Source: Paracoccaceae bacterium (GTDB lineage: Bacteria > Planctomycetota > UBA1135 > GCA-002686595). From it: 56,785 nt of DNA. Every line of letters begins with the position of its first letter. Positions within the stretch are counted from its first letter, which is position 1. The notes under the pieces are model-generated. The model had not been told where the DNA came from and did not search any database. It saw nothing but the letters and a program-made list of their open reading frames with translations. Positions 30,536-41,347 of this stretch are shown here, piece after piece. Location of the stretch: the NCBI GenBank assembly GCA_047635895.1, contig JBLIHL010000001.1, positions 1 through 56,785 on the forward strand, given 5' to 3'. The position numbers were made by a program, and so were the translations under genes.

Positions 30536-31507
30536 CTACTTCACCTTGGCATTCTCGATTGCGTTGATTCGGAGCTGAACCGAGTCATGCGCGCCCTCGA
30601 TCGGCAGTCGACGCGTCACATGGTCCCAGAACCAGATCGAGAAGCCGTACTTCTGGACACGCCCGCGGTTGTGCCGCACGGCATCGTCAATCCGCAGCCA
30701 AAGCAGTGACCAGGGACGCTGGACGTATTCCGGTACATCGCTGCGTGGATAGCCTTGAGCTTCGAGTTCATCGCCCGCAACGAATTCAAAGAGCTGTAGA
30801 TTGCGGCGGTCCAGTCCCGTTCTCCATTTCCCCGCCTGGTTCGGATCGATCGGGCTGTAGTTCGACTGCTCGTGATAGCGAAGCATCGCATCGTCGTAGG
30901 TTAGACCCAGGAAATCACAGAGGCGTTCGAGTTCCGGCTCGACGTTTTGGATCAGATCCTCGAAGCGCAGTTCAATCATATTCTTCGGATCGATCCGCTT
31001 CTGCGTAGTCCGCCACTCCTGCATTGCGGCTTTCCAGTCGAGTCCTGCGCGATGCCCGTTGCCCAGCCATGCGAATTTGAGCCAGGACGCGCAGACGTCG
31101 CGGCCGTCTCGCACGATATGAATGAACCGAGCATTGGGCCAGAGGCGAAGCGCGTGCTCGTAATGACGATGCACCTGAGTCACGATCGCCTGACTCGAAC
31201 GCTGTGGGTCATCCATCTCCCAGATCTGTTCGAGAAAGTCTCGTACCAAATCGTCAAAGCCGAGCCTGCGATCGACCTTCACGCCGTGATGGTTGAAATG
31301 TCGATTCGTTTCTAACCACTCGCAGTATTCACCCAGATCCGGCCTTTCGCGCTCCGGCTGAAAATCCCAGGGCCATTCAAATTCGCCCAGATCCGCGAGC
31401 TCCGGGTGAGCGCCCAACATGAGTGAGAGAACAGTGGTACCCGATCGCGTTGTCCCAACGAGGAAGACGGGAGAATCCAATACGCCTTTTGAGTCGTCCA
31501 CACTCAC
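30536..31507 (-). CDS. PAPS-dependent sulfotransferase
   Basis: 5'-PSB VFLVGTTRSGTT, 3'-PB FIHIVRDGRDVCAS, RFEDLI, L.RLCDFLGL, GKWR. Confidence 0.9.
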   Translation of the reverse strand: MSVDDSKGVLDSPVFLVGTTRSGTTVLSLMLGAHPELADLGEFEWPWDFQPERERPDLGEYCEWLETNRHFNHHGVKVDRRLGFDDLVRDFLEQIWEMDDPQRSSQAIVTQVHRHYEHALRLWPNARFIHIVRDGRDVCASWLKFAWLGNGHRAGLDWKAAMQEWRTTQKRIDPKNMIELRFEDLIQNVEPELERLCDFLGLTYDDAMLRYHEQSNYSPIDPNQAGKWRTGLDRRNLQLFEFVAGDELEAQGYPRSDVPEYVQRPWSLLWLRIDDAVRHNRGRVQKYGFSIWFWDHVTRRLPIEGAHDSVQLRINAIENAKVK

Positions 31508-31599
31508 TCCCCGCTCACGCGTTTCGATTCTTGAAGAATCGCGTCATGCCAGACTTCGAGGCAAATCAGCGTCAAAATCCGGATCTCTTCGCTCTCTCG

Positions 31600-32059
31600 C
31601 CGTGCTCTAGCCGCGGGTGAATTCTTGATCAATGAGGTCATTAGCCCGACTATAACGCGCCGCTTGCCAAGCATCAGGCTCTGGAATTCACCTTTTTGGG
31701 AGGAGTTTTCGGTACTCCGAATCACCGTAACGATCATTCCGCCGGAAGGCCGCATTGAGGTATCCCCAGGCAATGCCGACACCGAACCTGAAGGGCGATC
31801 GCTCGAAGAGCAAGTAGATCGACAACGCGAGTCCGTGGGACCAGGGCGAGCCCTTCAAGCACTTGCCACGGCCCCAGCGCACGTGCCCCTCCCAAAGGTC
31901 GTCCTGCGAAGAACCCATCTGGCGAAGATGCACGATGCGCATCCCCTGGTCGTTCCGGGATTCCGCATGCCAACCCTTGATGCGACATGAATAGCCGTCA
32001 ATGCCGTCTCAACTCACCTCACGCACAAAGCCGCCTATCTCATTGAAGCACTCCGTGCA
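31600..32059 (-). pseudogene. Truncated GT2 pseudogene, paralog of 52554-53555
   Basis: ECFNEIGGFVREVS*DGIDG and MRIVHLRQMGSSQ..WEGHVRWGRGK align to ACFKAIGGFVREVAWDGIDG / MRIIHLRQMGSSQ..RWGRGK; internal stop, frameshifts, 5' part lost at CTAG 32060. Confidence 0.85.
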
Positions 32060-32379
32060 CTAGGAGCGTGTCGGGCCAACGATGTCTTAGTCGCAGGTGC
32101 GCTCCTGCTCGAGTTCGCCGTTCTACAGGTGGCGATGAAGCTTGCCCTGACTATTGCACGGATATGGATCGCCTTCCAGGAGCTCCATCGCCCGCCCACG
32201 CACACCGTCCCTAAGATGGTCACCGTGATCGCCTCCGGCCATCACCCCCCCCCCGAGCGTGCTGGCTGCTCTTTTGTCACCGAGCCGCGCGGCTAGCGCG
32301 CTGCTCTTACCACAGTGCCTTACTTACCGAGCTCCAGCTGGCCCCGACGAGGCGGCGTGGGCGACTCAAGACGTCCCCT

Positions 32380-33140
32380 TCACGGACCCTCTTTTGCCGG
32401 ACCGCCCAGGCCGAATCCGATGGATGGCGGGCACCGCTCGTTCTCCTTGACCTTCGCTACACCCTCCACGTCCAACGAATCATCCGGTTCCTTCCGCGCT
32501 ACAGCAGCCGGCACCACCTGATTTCGGAGCGGCGACACCGGCGCCAGCACTCCCTGATACGTCAGCTGATGCTCGTGCGGATGCGGAACCAGCGCGGCGA
32601 GCTTCGCGATCAATTCGTGCGAGGTGAACACGAACGACTTCGTGCCATCTCGCGATGCCGTGAGTGGAAGCTGTCGCAAGGACCACGAGATCATGCCGTC
32701 GGTGCGAACCTCATGGCGATCGAGACAAATCGCCGGGCGCGAGATAGATCGGCACAGCTTCTCCAGCCAATCACGCTGCCCTTTTGGGGAACAACGTTGT
32801 CGCGTGAGTTGAGAGCCCGTGCGCCGTCGCGCCGACCGGCGCGGGGATTCGCTCTCCGCGATGACTGAGCAACGCTCATTTAGTGTCCGCGAACGCCTTC
32901 GCGAGATTTGGATCGCGGAGCAGCTTCAGCGGCTGCCCTACGCGCGCGCCAAATGGGACCGGCGACTTCACCGAGGCCGCCTTCAACGTCGGGAAGAACG
33001 AGTCCTCGCGCGCGTCGTCGGTGTTGAGGAGCGGCTGCTCGTACTCACACGAGTCCGCGCCATCGTGTGTTGCCTCGTCTCCAGAGCGCAGCGGCAAGCC
33101 AAGTGCCACCACGTTCAGCTCGTGCCTTCCCAGTAACTCC
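32380..33140 (-). pseudogene. IS91-family (Y2 HUH) transposase C-terminal remnant
   Basis: RDGTKSFVFTSHELIAKLAALVPHPHEHQLTYQGVLAP..LR..VVP matches the Y2_Tnp tail; upstream LKAASV..VPFG.R.G fragment; frameshifted. Confidence 0.72.
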
Positions 33141-33433
33141 CACTCTGGGACCGGTGCGAGCGATCACGTCCCGCTGAACGCGCTAGCAGGCCGCCTGAAT
33201 CAAGCGCACCACGAGCGCCGGCCACATAGAGGACCAGATGGGCTGCTCTGCGCTCGACCAAGAGCTGCGCGGGCCGTCTCCGCGCCTACGGACCGCGTGA
33301 GCAAGGGTGCTGGCGCAAGGTCGAAAATGAGACTGTCACTGGGAGCGTGACGACTGTCGGCTTGGAAGCCCTAACCGCATCCAGGGCACTCCCGAAGCGC
33401 TGAAAGAGCGAGTCCGCACAGAGGGCTTGTCCT

Positions 33434-33477
33434 CACCTGGCTACCTGGTTACCTGGTTACCTGGTCACTTGGTCACG
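33434..33477. repeat. Short tandem repeat, ~5 copies of 8-mer (c/t)ACCTGG(c/t)
   Basis: cacctggc-tacctggt-tacctggt-tacctggt-cacttggt-cacg. Confidence 0.75.
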
Positions 33478-33571
33478 TTGTCGGGATTCGATGGTTGTGA
33501 TAGCGTTTCGGCGTCGCTAAATCCGCTATGCCAGTGGTCCTCGACCCAACTCTCGCCCTTTGCCATCTAAC

Positions 33572-35143
33572 ATGCGATTGCCAAACCACTGCCTCGGACT
33601 CTCCATAGTCGGGATTCTTGCCTGCGGCCTGCTCGACTCAGTCCGCGCTCAAACGCTCGCCCTCGAAGAGCATGTCACAGGACTCGTAGGTCCGACGATG
33701 TGCGCCTCTCCCCCGGGAGACTCGCGACTTTTCGTCGTAGAGCGAGAGGCGGGGCGCATCAGGGTTGTCGATCAGGGCTCGCTGATCGCGACGCCATTCC
33801 TCGACGTGGGCAATCGGATCTCGGTCGGGGGCGAGCGTGGTCTTCTCGGTCTCGCGTTCGATCCGAACTTCGCGCAGAACCGCCGTTTCTTCGTCAGCTA
33901 CACGGACACCAACGGCGCCTCACTTGTCGAGGAATACAGGGCAAGTGCGATGGACCCGAACGTGGCGGATCCGCAGAGCGCGGTGACCGTGTTCGGCCCT
34001 CTCCCGCAGGTGAACGTTTTTCACAACGCCGGCTGTCTGCAGTTCGGGCCCGACGGGAAGCTCTATTTTAGCCTCGGCGACGACGGCCGCCACCAGAACG
34101 GGCAGGACCTTGCGGTGCCGTACGGCAAGCTCCTGCGCTTCGACGTTGACGCTCCCTTCCCGCATGTGCCGCTGGACAACCCGTTTGTGGGCCAGGTGGG
34201 AATCGAGCCGCTGATCTGGGCGTACGGCCTCCGCAACCCATGGCGATTCAGCTTCGACTCGGGAACCGAAGACCTCTGGATCGGTGACGTGGGCACTTTC
34301 AGGCGGGACGAAGTCGATTGGATTCCAGCAGGCTCGGCCGGCGCTGCGAACTTCGGCTGGAGCTGCCTCGAGGGCACCGAGTGTACGAACATGCTCTCAA
34401 CAGGTTGCGACTGCCCCGACCCGACGCTCATCCCGCCTATCTACGAGCGCGCCCCCCACTCCATGGGATGCTCGCTGATCGGCGGTGTCGTCTACCGCGG
34501 CCAAGAGATGCCGACCATGGTCGGACGATACTTCTGCGCCGACTGGTGCGGGGGATCGGTCACCTCGTTCCTGCGGTCTGGAACGACGACCACCGACCTT
34601 ATCGCCGACCACGGAATTACACCGCCCCTCGTGCGGGCGACTTCTATCGACGAGGGTCCAGGTGGCGAGCTCTTCATGGCCGACATGAACAGCGGTCGAG
34701 TCTTCAAGTTCGTCGTCGACTGCGGGTCGACGCAGTACTGCACCGCAGTGCCCAACTCGACCGGGCTCCCCGGTCAAGTGTCGGTTCTCGGCAGTGTGAG
34801 CGTGGCAGCCAACAATTTCACGCTGCTTGCGTCCGACCTGCCGCCGGGCTCGGTCGGGTACTTCGTCGGCTCTCAGAACACCGGCTTCATCGCAAATCCG
34901 GGGGGGAGCCAGGGCAACCTGTGCCTTGATGGGACATCGATCTGGCGGTTCTCTCTGACTGCCGGCGCGTCTGGCCCGGCGGGCCAGTACATCGTCCCAT
35001 TCAGTCTGACCGCCTTCCCCACCAATCCTCCCAGGTCGATCCAGGCTGGCGACACCTGGAACTTCCAGCTGTGGCACCGGGACCTGAACCCCGTTGTGAC
35101 GTCCAACTTCAGCCGCGGATTGACGGTCGTGTTCTGCCCGTGA
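33572..35143 (+). CDS. Secreted PQQ-dependent glucose/sorbosone dehydrogenase-family (HHIP-like) protein with extra C-terminal domain
   Basis: Signal peptide; GERGLLGLAFDP.F, HNAG.L.FGPDG.LY..LGD, YGLRNPWRFSFD, IGDVG, NFGW; C-terminal YCTAVPNSTG...WNFQLWHRD. Confidence 0.85.
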   Translation: MRLPNHCLGLSIVGILACGLLDSVRAQTLALEEHVTGLVGPTMCASPPGDSRLFVVEREAGRIRVVDQGSLIATPFLDVGNRISVGGERGLLGLAFDPNFAQNRRFFVSYTDTNGASLVEEYRASAMDPNVADPQSAVTVFGPLPQVNVFHNAGCLQFGPDGKLYFSLGDDGRHQNGQDLAVPYGKLLRFDVDAPFPHVPLDNPFVGQVGIEPLIWAYGLRNPWRFSFDSGTEDLWIGDVGTFRRDEVDWIPAGSAGAANFGWSCLEGTECTNMLSTGCDCPDPTLIPPIYERAPHSMGCSLIGGVVYRGQEMPTMVGRYFCADWCGGSVTSFLRSGTTTTDLIADHGITPPLVRATSIDEGPGGELFMADMNSGRVFKFVVDCGSTQYCTAVPNSTGLPGQVSVLGSVSVAANNFTLLASDLPPGSVGYFVGSQNTGFIANPGGSQGNLCLDGTSIWRFSLTAGASGPAGQYIVPFSLTAFPTNPPRSIQAGDTWNFQLWHRDLNPVVTSNFSRGLTVVFCP

Positions 35144-35756
35144 CGGTGCCAGCCCCTGGAGTCGCGTCGAGCAGTACAGAGCCCAGGGAGGTACGTCGCG
35201 CGGCGTGCAGCGACATCTCTGGAGCTGAACGTCAGTTCCCAACGGCTTCGGGCTCGGACGGCCTCGCGCTTCCTGCTAGCGATCGGCGTACTCGCTGGGG
35301 CACAGTGGACCGAACGGATCTTTGAGCCCGTCAGATTCGGTCTCCCGGGGCGAGCCCGGCGACATCGCTAATGACGGGGTCGGGCCGGGGCCGACATCAC
35401 TGTCACGTGGGCCCTGTAGCGAGGGAACGGGCAGGCAATAGCAGCCCTTCGATCGCGCGCGTCACGATCCGCTCTGGGGACGAAATCTTCGTCGCAAGCG
35501 GCGACGAGTTTTGCGCCCTCTGGCTCCGTGTCGTCGACGGTGTTTCCGCCGTGGGCACGCTCCCCCCCCCGATCACCACGGCCATTTCAGAGCCGAGCTT
35601 CTCGCCTCTTGAAGCGTTCGGTAAAACGAAGACCGGGCTCTCTGCGGAGTCCGTCAGCGCCACAAACGCGACGCCAATCTGCGCAGGCGCTGCTGCAACC
35701 CAGTCGACTGCTCGTAGCGTTCGCTGCGCAAGAACGTGAGGCCGAGTGGACCGCCG

Positions 35757-35920
35757 CTAGGAGCGTGTCGCGGATAGCTGAATCCTAGTAGTGGGTCCCC
35801 AGGTTTCGGAGGCAAGGCGCTCCCTCACCCGTCGTGGCAGTAGTCCCAGGGGTGCTGGGGCTACGCAGCCTCCGGAAGCTGGGGGCCCGCTACGCGGATT
35901 CAGCTATGCGCGACAAGATG
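35757..35920. mobile_element. ~155-bp palindromic MITE/REP-like element
   Basis: TGTCGCGGATAGCTGAATCC (35766-35785) vs GGATTCAGCTATGCGCGACA (35896-35915), 19/20 inverted; inner arms gggtccccaggtttcggaggc / gcctccggaagctgggggccc; starts after CTAG. Confidence 0.7.
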
Positions 35921-35981
35921 GGGCCAGGGACACGGGTACGTGCCCCTGGCCCAGTGAGAATAGCCGCCTAGCTTCCTAGGC

Positions 35982-38900
35982 TCAAAGAGACGCGAGCGGC
36001 GGGAGGTTGAATCCTTCCCGGACGAAGTCGATCACCGGCCCCGTCTCCAGGCGCTCGTCCCAAGCACCCTTCCTCTGCGTCACCAGTCGGCTGTAGAAGT
36101 CCTCCTCGCTGGCGCCGTTAGTACCGTCGATTGAATCGAGGTACTCAGCCACTCCACGGTTCGGATCGGTGTAACTCGGCGCTGTGGAGGTCGTCCCCGT
36201 CGCAGCCCAGTCCACTTCCCAGTCCCCAATAGTGTGGACTCCACCTCCGTCGTAACGCATCCACTGCGCTGCGGGCAGTGCTGTCGAGAACTGGTTGTCC
36301 TCGAATAGTACGTGGGACGTGTTTCCCGTTGGGCTGCTGGCACAGTCAAAGGCGTGGCCGTTTATGCCCGTGTAGATCGAACGAAAGTCATTGTCTCGCA
36401 CAACTGTTGCTTGAATATCCACGCCGACCGTTCCGCTCATCCGGAATGGGCGGTCATTGTCGTGTACAACGTTGTCATCGATTATCAGGTTGCGGACGGT
36501 ATTAGGGCTAAATCCGTTGTTCGCAGCTTCGATGAATATTCCGAACCCTGCCCAGATGACGGCCGAGTGGCCGTGGGCGATGACGTTGGACGCGACCACT
36601 GCACCGCTGCTGTTGATGTTGCCGATCGACAGGCCGCCGCCTCCGGCCTGGCCGTCGTGGTCCTCACTGTTCAGGATCACGTTGCGGCTGAGAGTGCCAC
36701 TGGCGCCGCCCGGCTTGCTGGCACCGCCGTAGCGGTGCCCAAAAGCGATCCCCATGGCGTTCCGGACGCACAAGTTTTCGCATACCTCGCCGCCCGAGCG
36801 CACCTGCGCGGCATTGCTTGAGGACCGGTGCGAGTGGTTCCTGCTGAAGACTACGTTCTCACAGTCGGACTGGATGTAGACGTTACGCGCGAACCCCGAC
36901 GCGGGGACACCGTTCTCTATCGACCAACCGTTGTAGTCGATCACGTTCTCCGTGACCGTCACCCCGTCCGCTCGCGTGATCAGCAGGCCGAGTGAAGGAT
37001 AGTTCCGCTCGATCACGCACCGGTGGAGCGTGACGTTCTGCACAAGAGCACCTTCAGATCGGATGTTCACCCCGACTCTGTAGCCGTGAATGTGGAGATC
37101 CTCGAAGAGGACGTTCTGGGATCCAGGCGATGCCCAAAGGATCGCCTGCCCCGCGTCAACGCCGCGCGAGATGGGGGTCAGTTCGAGCGAGGTGAATGCG
37201 ATATGCGAGAACGCCTCCGACCCGGCCACGCCGATGAAGCTCTGGCTCTCCGGCGTGCGTACGAGGGGCCGGGGCAACGATTCGTCACCGTAGGCGCCGA
37301 CGACCATCCGCTCGGCCTCGCTCCGACCGCTGAGATTCCAGTTCCATGAGATCGACTGATTATCGAACGCGTCCCCCCGCTTCAGGAGCAGCCAATCAGG
37401 GTACCCGTTTCGCAGGCCCGCGAGGCCGGCCTGGATCGTCGCTTTGGGAGTGGCGGTCGTCAGACCGTCGTATGCGTCATCCCCCTCCGACGTGCTGACG
37501 TAGATGATCCGAGTATCGCCGCTCGGCGAGAACTGAGTCCAACCGGAGGCGCCGCCGGCCGGCGAGATCGACAGCTCGAATTCTCGCTCGGCGAGAACCT
37601 CACCCGTCCCCATCTCGAGGATCCGCAGGGTTGAGCTATGGGAGCCGGTCGCGAGCAAGGCGGCACCGGCGCTGATGTCGACCTGAAGCGTCAACTGCTC
37701 CGCAGGCGCGAGCGTCCCGCTACCGGCGCCGACCGGAAGCACCCAGCTAGCGGTCGTTTCAGCGCGCCATAAGATTGGGACGCTTCCCGCGTTGCTAAGG
37801 ACATAGTCCGACGAGGCCGGATCGAACGGACCGCCGACGGGCCCAGTCACGCTGACGCCTGTCTCTGGCGTAACCACAAGAACCGCGCCGGCCTCAACCG
37901 TGAGCTCGATGGACCGCTGAACCTGGACCGCGTTGGTGGTATCGGAGAACGTGAGCGCCCCGCTGAACAAACCTCCGACGAGCACCGCCGCCTGGACGGG
38001 ATCCAGCGCAAGCGTCAACTCGACGTCTTCGCCGCCCCCGAGCGTCCCCGAGGTGTCACCCTGGAAAACAACCCACGTCACGTCCGCGCCGACCTGCCAG
38101 TCGAGCGGCGCGACGCCGTCGTTTCGCAGCGTGTAAAGCGTCGTCTCGGGCGTGAAAGGCCCCCCCTCGGGCCCTGTCGCGACGAACGGATCCACCGGCG
38201 TCACTGAGAGTACTCCCGGCTGCTCGAGCAGAAGCGATGCCTGGACGACGTGCTCGACGGAGTGCGAGACGTCGCGGAACGTGATCGAGCCCTGGTACTG
38301 GCCAGCGGAGAGGCCGACGGCCTCTGCCCCGTCCACCGAGACCGTAACGCCGACGGACGAGCCGGCGCTGAGTGATCCGCTGGTCGCACCCGCGACTGTG
38401 AGCCACGCCGCGGCGGGGATCACTTCCCAGTCCAGCGGCGCGCTCCCGTCGTTTCGCAGCGTGTAAGCTTGGCTATCCCCGTACGGACCACCTGTCTGCC
38501 CCTGGGCCGCGAAGGGCTCGAGGGGGACGATGACAAGGTCATCTTCGTTCTCGACGGTCACGCTGACCGGAACCTGCGTCACGACCCCCGTCGTGACGCA
38601 GAGGAACTCGATCTGCGCGGCGTGGCTACCCGTCGAGAGCACATTGACCGCGGGATCGACGAGGCTGACCGTGACGTCGACGTCATCGCCCGGAGCGAGA
38701 ATTCCACTGGACATGCCCTGGGGGATCACCCACAACTCCGACGTGCTCACCCCCCATTCGATGGAACCCGCACTGGGGTTGGAAAGCTGGAAGGTCCGCA
38801 CCGATGGCGAGAATGGCCCACCCTCCGGGCCGATCGAATCGAACGGCGTCAGCGGACTGACCTGCAGGTCAGCCGTCGAGCTGATGCTGATCGATACTTC

Positions 38901-39332
38901 GACCACCGCCGGGGCACCCTCGGACGAGCCCACGAAACTGAGTGAACCCTGCCACGAGCCGGGCTGCAGTGAGGCCGCCGCCGCGCCGGCGACCGCCACG
39001 TCCACCGCGGCGATTTCGCCGGGCTCGATCGTGCCGGACGACGGCGAGTATTCGAGCCAGTCGACATCGGACTGCACCATCCAGGTGACTTCCTGCCCCC
39101 CAGAATTGCGCAGGACCGCCGTCGAGACCAACGGATTGAACGGTCCCTCCTGGGGGCCCACGAACTGCATCGTGCCTCCGCTGACGACTTCGATAGCGCG
39201 CACCTCGGGATCGCGATCCTCACTCGGTAGCAGCTCTTCACAGGATGTCAGTGTAGTCGCCGCCAATATGACAGCGCCCCACTGCTGAAGCGACCGCGCG
39301 TCGCTCCAGCTCTTCTTAGTTCTTTGGCTCAT
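35982..39332 (-). CDS. Large lipoprotein: five BACON/Ig-like repeats plus right-handed parallel beta-helix domain
   Basis: Lipobox LTSC; five ~110-aa repeats V.P..F...GP.GGP(F/Y)...(Y/F).L.N.G...W; C-terminal IIYVS..EGDD..DGL...PK.T..G, LLLKRGD.F, Asn-ladder repeats. Confidence 0.78.
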   Translation of the reverse strand: MSQRTKKSWSDARSLQQWGAVILAATTLTSCEELLPSEDRDPEVRAIEVVSGGTMQFVGPQEGPFNPLVSTAVLRNSGGQEVTWMVQSDVDWLEYSPSSGTIEPGEIAAVDVAVAGAAAASLQPGSWQGSLSFVGSSEGAPAVVEVSISISSTADLQVSPLTPFDSIGPEGGPFSPSVRTFQLSNPSAGSIEWGVSTSELWVIPQGMSSGILAPGDDVDVTVSLVDPAVNVLSTGSHAAQIEFLCVTTGVVTQVPVSVTVENEDDLVIVPLEPFAAQGQTGGPYGDSQAYTLRNDGSAPLDWEVIPAAAWLTVAGATSGSLSAGSSVGVTVSVDGAEAVGLSAGQYQGSITFRDVSHSVEHVVQASLLLEQPGVLSVTPVDPFVATGPEGGPFTPETTLYTLRNDGVAPLDWQVGADVTWVVFQGDTSGTLGGGEDVELTLALDPVQAAVLVGGLFSGALTFSDTTNAVQVQRSIELTVEAGAVLVVTPETGVSVTGPVGGPFDPASSDYVLSNAGSVPILWRAETTASWVLPVGAGSGTLAPAEQLTLQVDISAGAALLATGSHSSTLRILEMGTGEVLAEREFELSISPAGGASGWTQFSPSGDTRIIYVSTSEGDDAYDGLTTATPKATIQAGLAGLRNGYPDWLLLKRGDAFDNQSISWNWNLSGRSEAERMVVGAYGDESLPRPLVRTPESQSFIGVAGSEAFSHIAFTSLELTPISRGVDAGQAILWASPGSQNVLFEDLHIHGYRVGVNIRSEGALVQNVTLHRCVIERNYPSLGLLITRADGVTVTENVIDYNGWSIENGVPASGFARNVYIQSDCENVVFSRNHSHRSSSNAAQVRSGGEVCENLCVRNAMGIAFGHRYGGASKPGGASGTLSRNVILNSEDHDGQAGGGGLSIGNINSSGAVVASNVIAHGHSAVIWAGFGIFIEAANNGFSPNTVRNLIIDDNVVHDNDRPFRMSGTVGVDIQATVVRDNDFRSIYTGINGHAFDCASSPTGNTSHVLFEDNQFSTALPAAQWMRYDGGGVHTIGDWEVDWAATGTTSTAPSYTDPNRGVAEYLDSIDGTNGASEEDFYSRLVTQRKGAWDERLETGPVIDFVREGFNLPPLASL

Positions 39333-40105
39333 GCCTTACAGTTGGCGGCAGTGTCGCGCCGCGAGAAGTCCGGCCCCTGCGGTCAGATCTTCGCCGCTCC
39401 CAGCGATGTAGTCCTTCCGCGACGGTCCTGCTCAATCGGTTACGTCCCCTGCCCCCTGGTCCCCCTCGACCGGTGTTGTTGGATAAAGATCTCGTCGGGC
39501 ATGCCCAATGCACCCGGTCTTTTTCGCAGTGCCGTCCATCGACGCGGGCGGGACACGCCCTGAGAAGAATCGAGGGATCGGCGATAGGAACCTACAGCCG
39601 TCCTGTTAAGACACATTGATTCGAAGTGAGCGCCCAGATATGAGGCGTACCGGACGCACGGCTGCGACGGTCATCCCGGCTGTCGTAGTCGCCCCCTCAA
39701 CTGGCCAGTAGCCTTCTGGCCTCCTCACCGTCCTCGGACCGTGTGGCGATCGCGAGGTCAAGCTCTTTCCGTCCCAGAGATACGGAGCAGGCAGCACGAG
39801 TGGTCTGCATGCATCGCAGCTTGAGCGATTCCTAACGTCGTCCCTTGTGAGCCCCAAAGACAATTCCAGGACGCACGCGACCCTTCCCGAGCGCTAGCAG
39901 ATGTCCTTCGAAGGGGTGGTTTCGTACTACCGCGCCGACAGTGCCCCTCTCTCGAGTCCGAGGATCGGACGACTCTCTGAACCCGAACACCGACAGCCCA
40001 ATTGTGGTCCGCTGGCAATGAGCGAGCGTGACCAGAGGCTGCTCAACGCATTGGAAGGACTCGGTATGCACCCCTAGCAGGCCGTTAACAAACAGCGGTC
40101 CACGC

Positions 40106-40790
40106 TGTTGACGGTCACATGAAAAGGGACCCCCTGGCCGAACTCCCTACGCGGGGCTGGGTTCAGCCAAAAGGAAGCCCTCCCGGCAGCCGATTACCAA
40201 GCATTACCACACGCTTGAAGCCGTCTACCAAGGAGGGCCTGGAATTGATCAGAATGTCAACCAGAGCCGAGATACGCCATATGCACATCGTCGAAGGTGT
40301 GCCCAAGAAAGAACTCGCATGCCGCTTCGGCGTCGACAACAAGACCGTCCGCTGCCACATCGAATGGGACGAGGAGGATCCTGCCCAGGAAGCTCCGAAG
40401 CGACGCCGAGCCCTCGACGAGCACCGAGCTACGATCGAGGAGCTTATCCGAGACGACGCCAAGGTCAGTGCGAAGCGAATCGGACGCTTGCTGGAGACGA
40501 ACCACGGGATTCACTTAAGTGCGCGCTCCATTCGCCGCTACGTCAATGAGGTTCGTGGAGCCGCTCGAAAGCCAGAGGCGTTCGTTCATCGCACCCACCT
40601 CCCTGGAGAGACGATGGTGATCGACTTCGGAGAGCCGTGATGCGAGATCGATAGTCGTCAAACGAAGATCTTCTTCGTTGCCACGCTCCCAGCCAGCAAC
40701 GTGTACTTCGCGAAGGCGTATCGACACCAGCGAGCTGAGGGCTTGCTCGATGGAATCACATCCGCCATCAGCTGAATGGGAGGAGTCCCA
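40106..40790 (+). mobile_element. istA: IS21-family remnant A (left IR plus truncated, frameshifted istA)
   Basis: TGTTGACGGTCACATGAAAAGGGACCCC end; HTH EG..KKELA.RFGVD.KTVR; PEAFV....PGE.M.IDFG; FVATLP.S...FAKAY...GGVP. Confidence 0.75.
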
Positions 40791-41311
40791 TCCAGAGCTT
40801 CGGTGTGCCCACGCAAGAAGCATGGCATCGCCGCGCCAAGGAAGAAGCGGACTAAGATCATTCGCGACCAGGATAGAGCGATGACGAACGCTTGAAGCTG
40901 CCGACGGGATCGGCCGACCACGACGTGACCGAAGTGCCCCCAGTCAACCTGGCCCTGTTGAGCAGGGTCCACGTCGAGGCGCAGGAACGCCTCTGGGGTC
41001 TTGCCGGGACGTATCGAGCGGATCATCGCGCGGAAGTGAGAAGGGCTTCCAACGAAGCCGCGCTCGACGCACATGTCAAAGAGTCGCCGTGCTGGCAGCT
41101 CAGGCCAGCGCTCGAGGGTCTCGTCGATGAACGTCCTGTGGTCATCGAAGATCGCTCCGCGCACGGGGCTGGGGCGCGACTCGATCGGCGAACGAACGAT
41201 GCGCTCGACCGTGGATTTGTGCAGCTTGAGCTCGCGCACAATGCTGCCGATGGGCCAGGCATCTTGGGTGTAGAGCCGCTGGATCTGGGCTGCAACTGTG
41301 GGGTCGATCAT
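40790..41311 (-). pseudogene. istA: IS21-family remnant B, truncated istA
   Basis: MID...AQI.RLY...W.IG.I.REL..H.STV.R, PEAFLRL...P.QQGQVDWGHFG, FV..LSWSR, FLRGH.EA. Confidence 0.8.
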
Positions 41312-41347
41312 GGCCGTGCGTCGCTATGTGCACAGTCGTGCTCGTTG

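Noticed and set aside
35150-35750. Short ORFs between the dehydrogenase gene and the palindromic element
   Set aside because: No recognisable motifs; probably gene debris.
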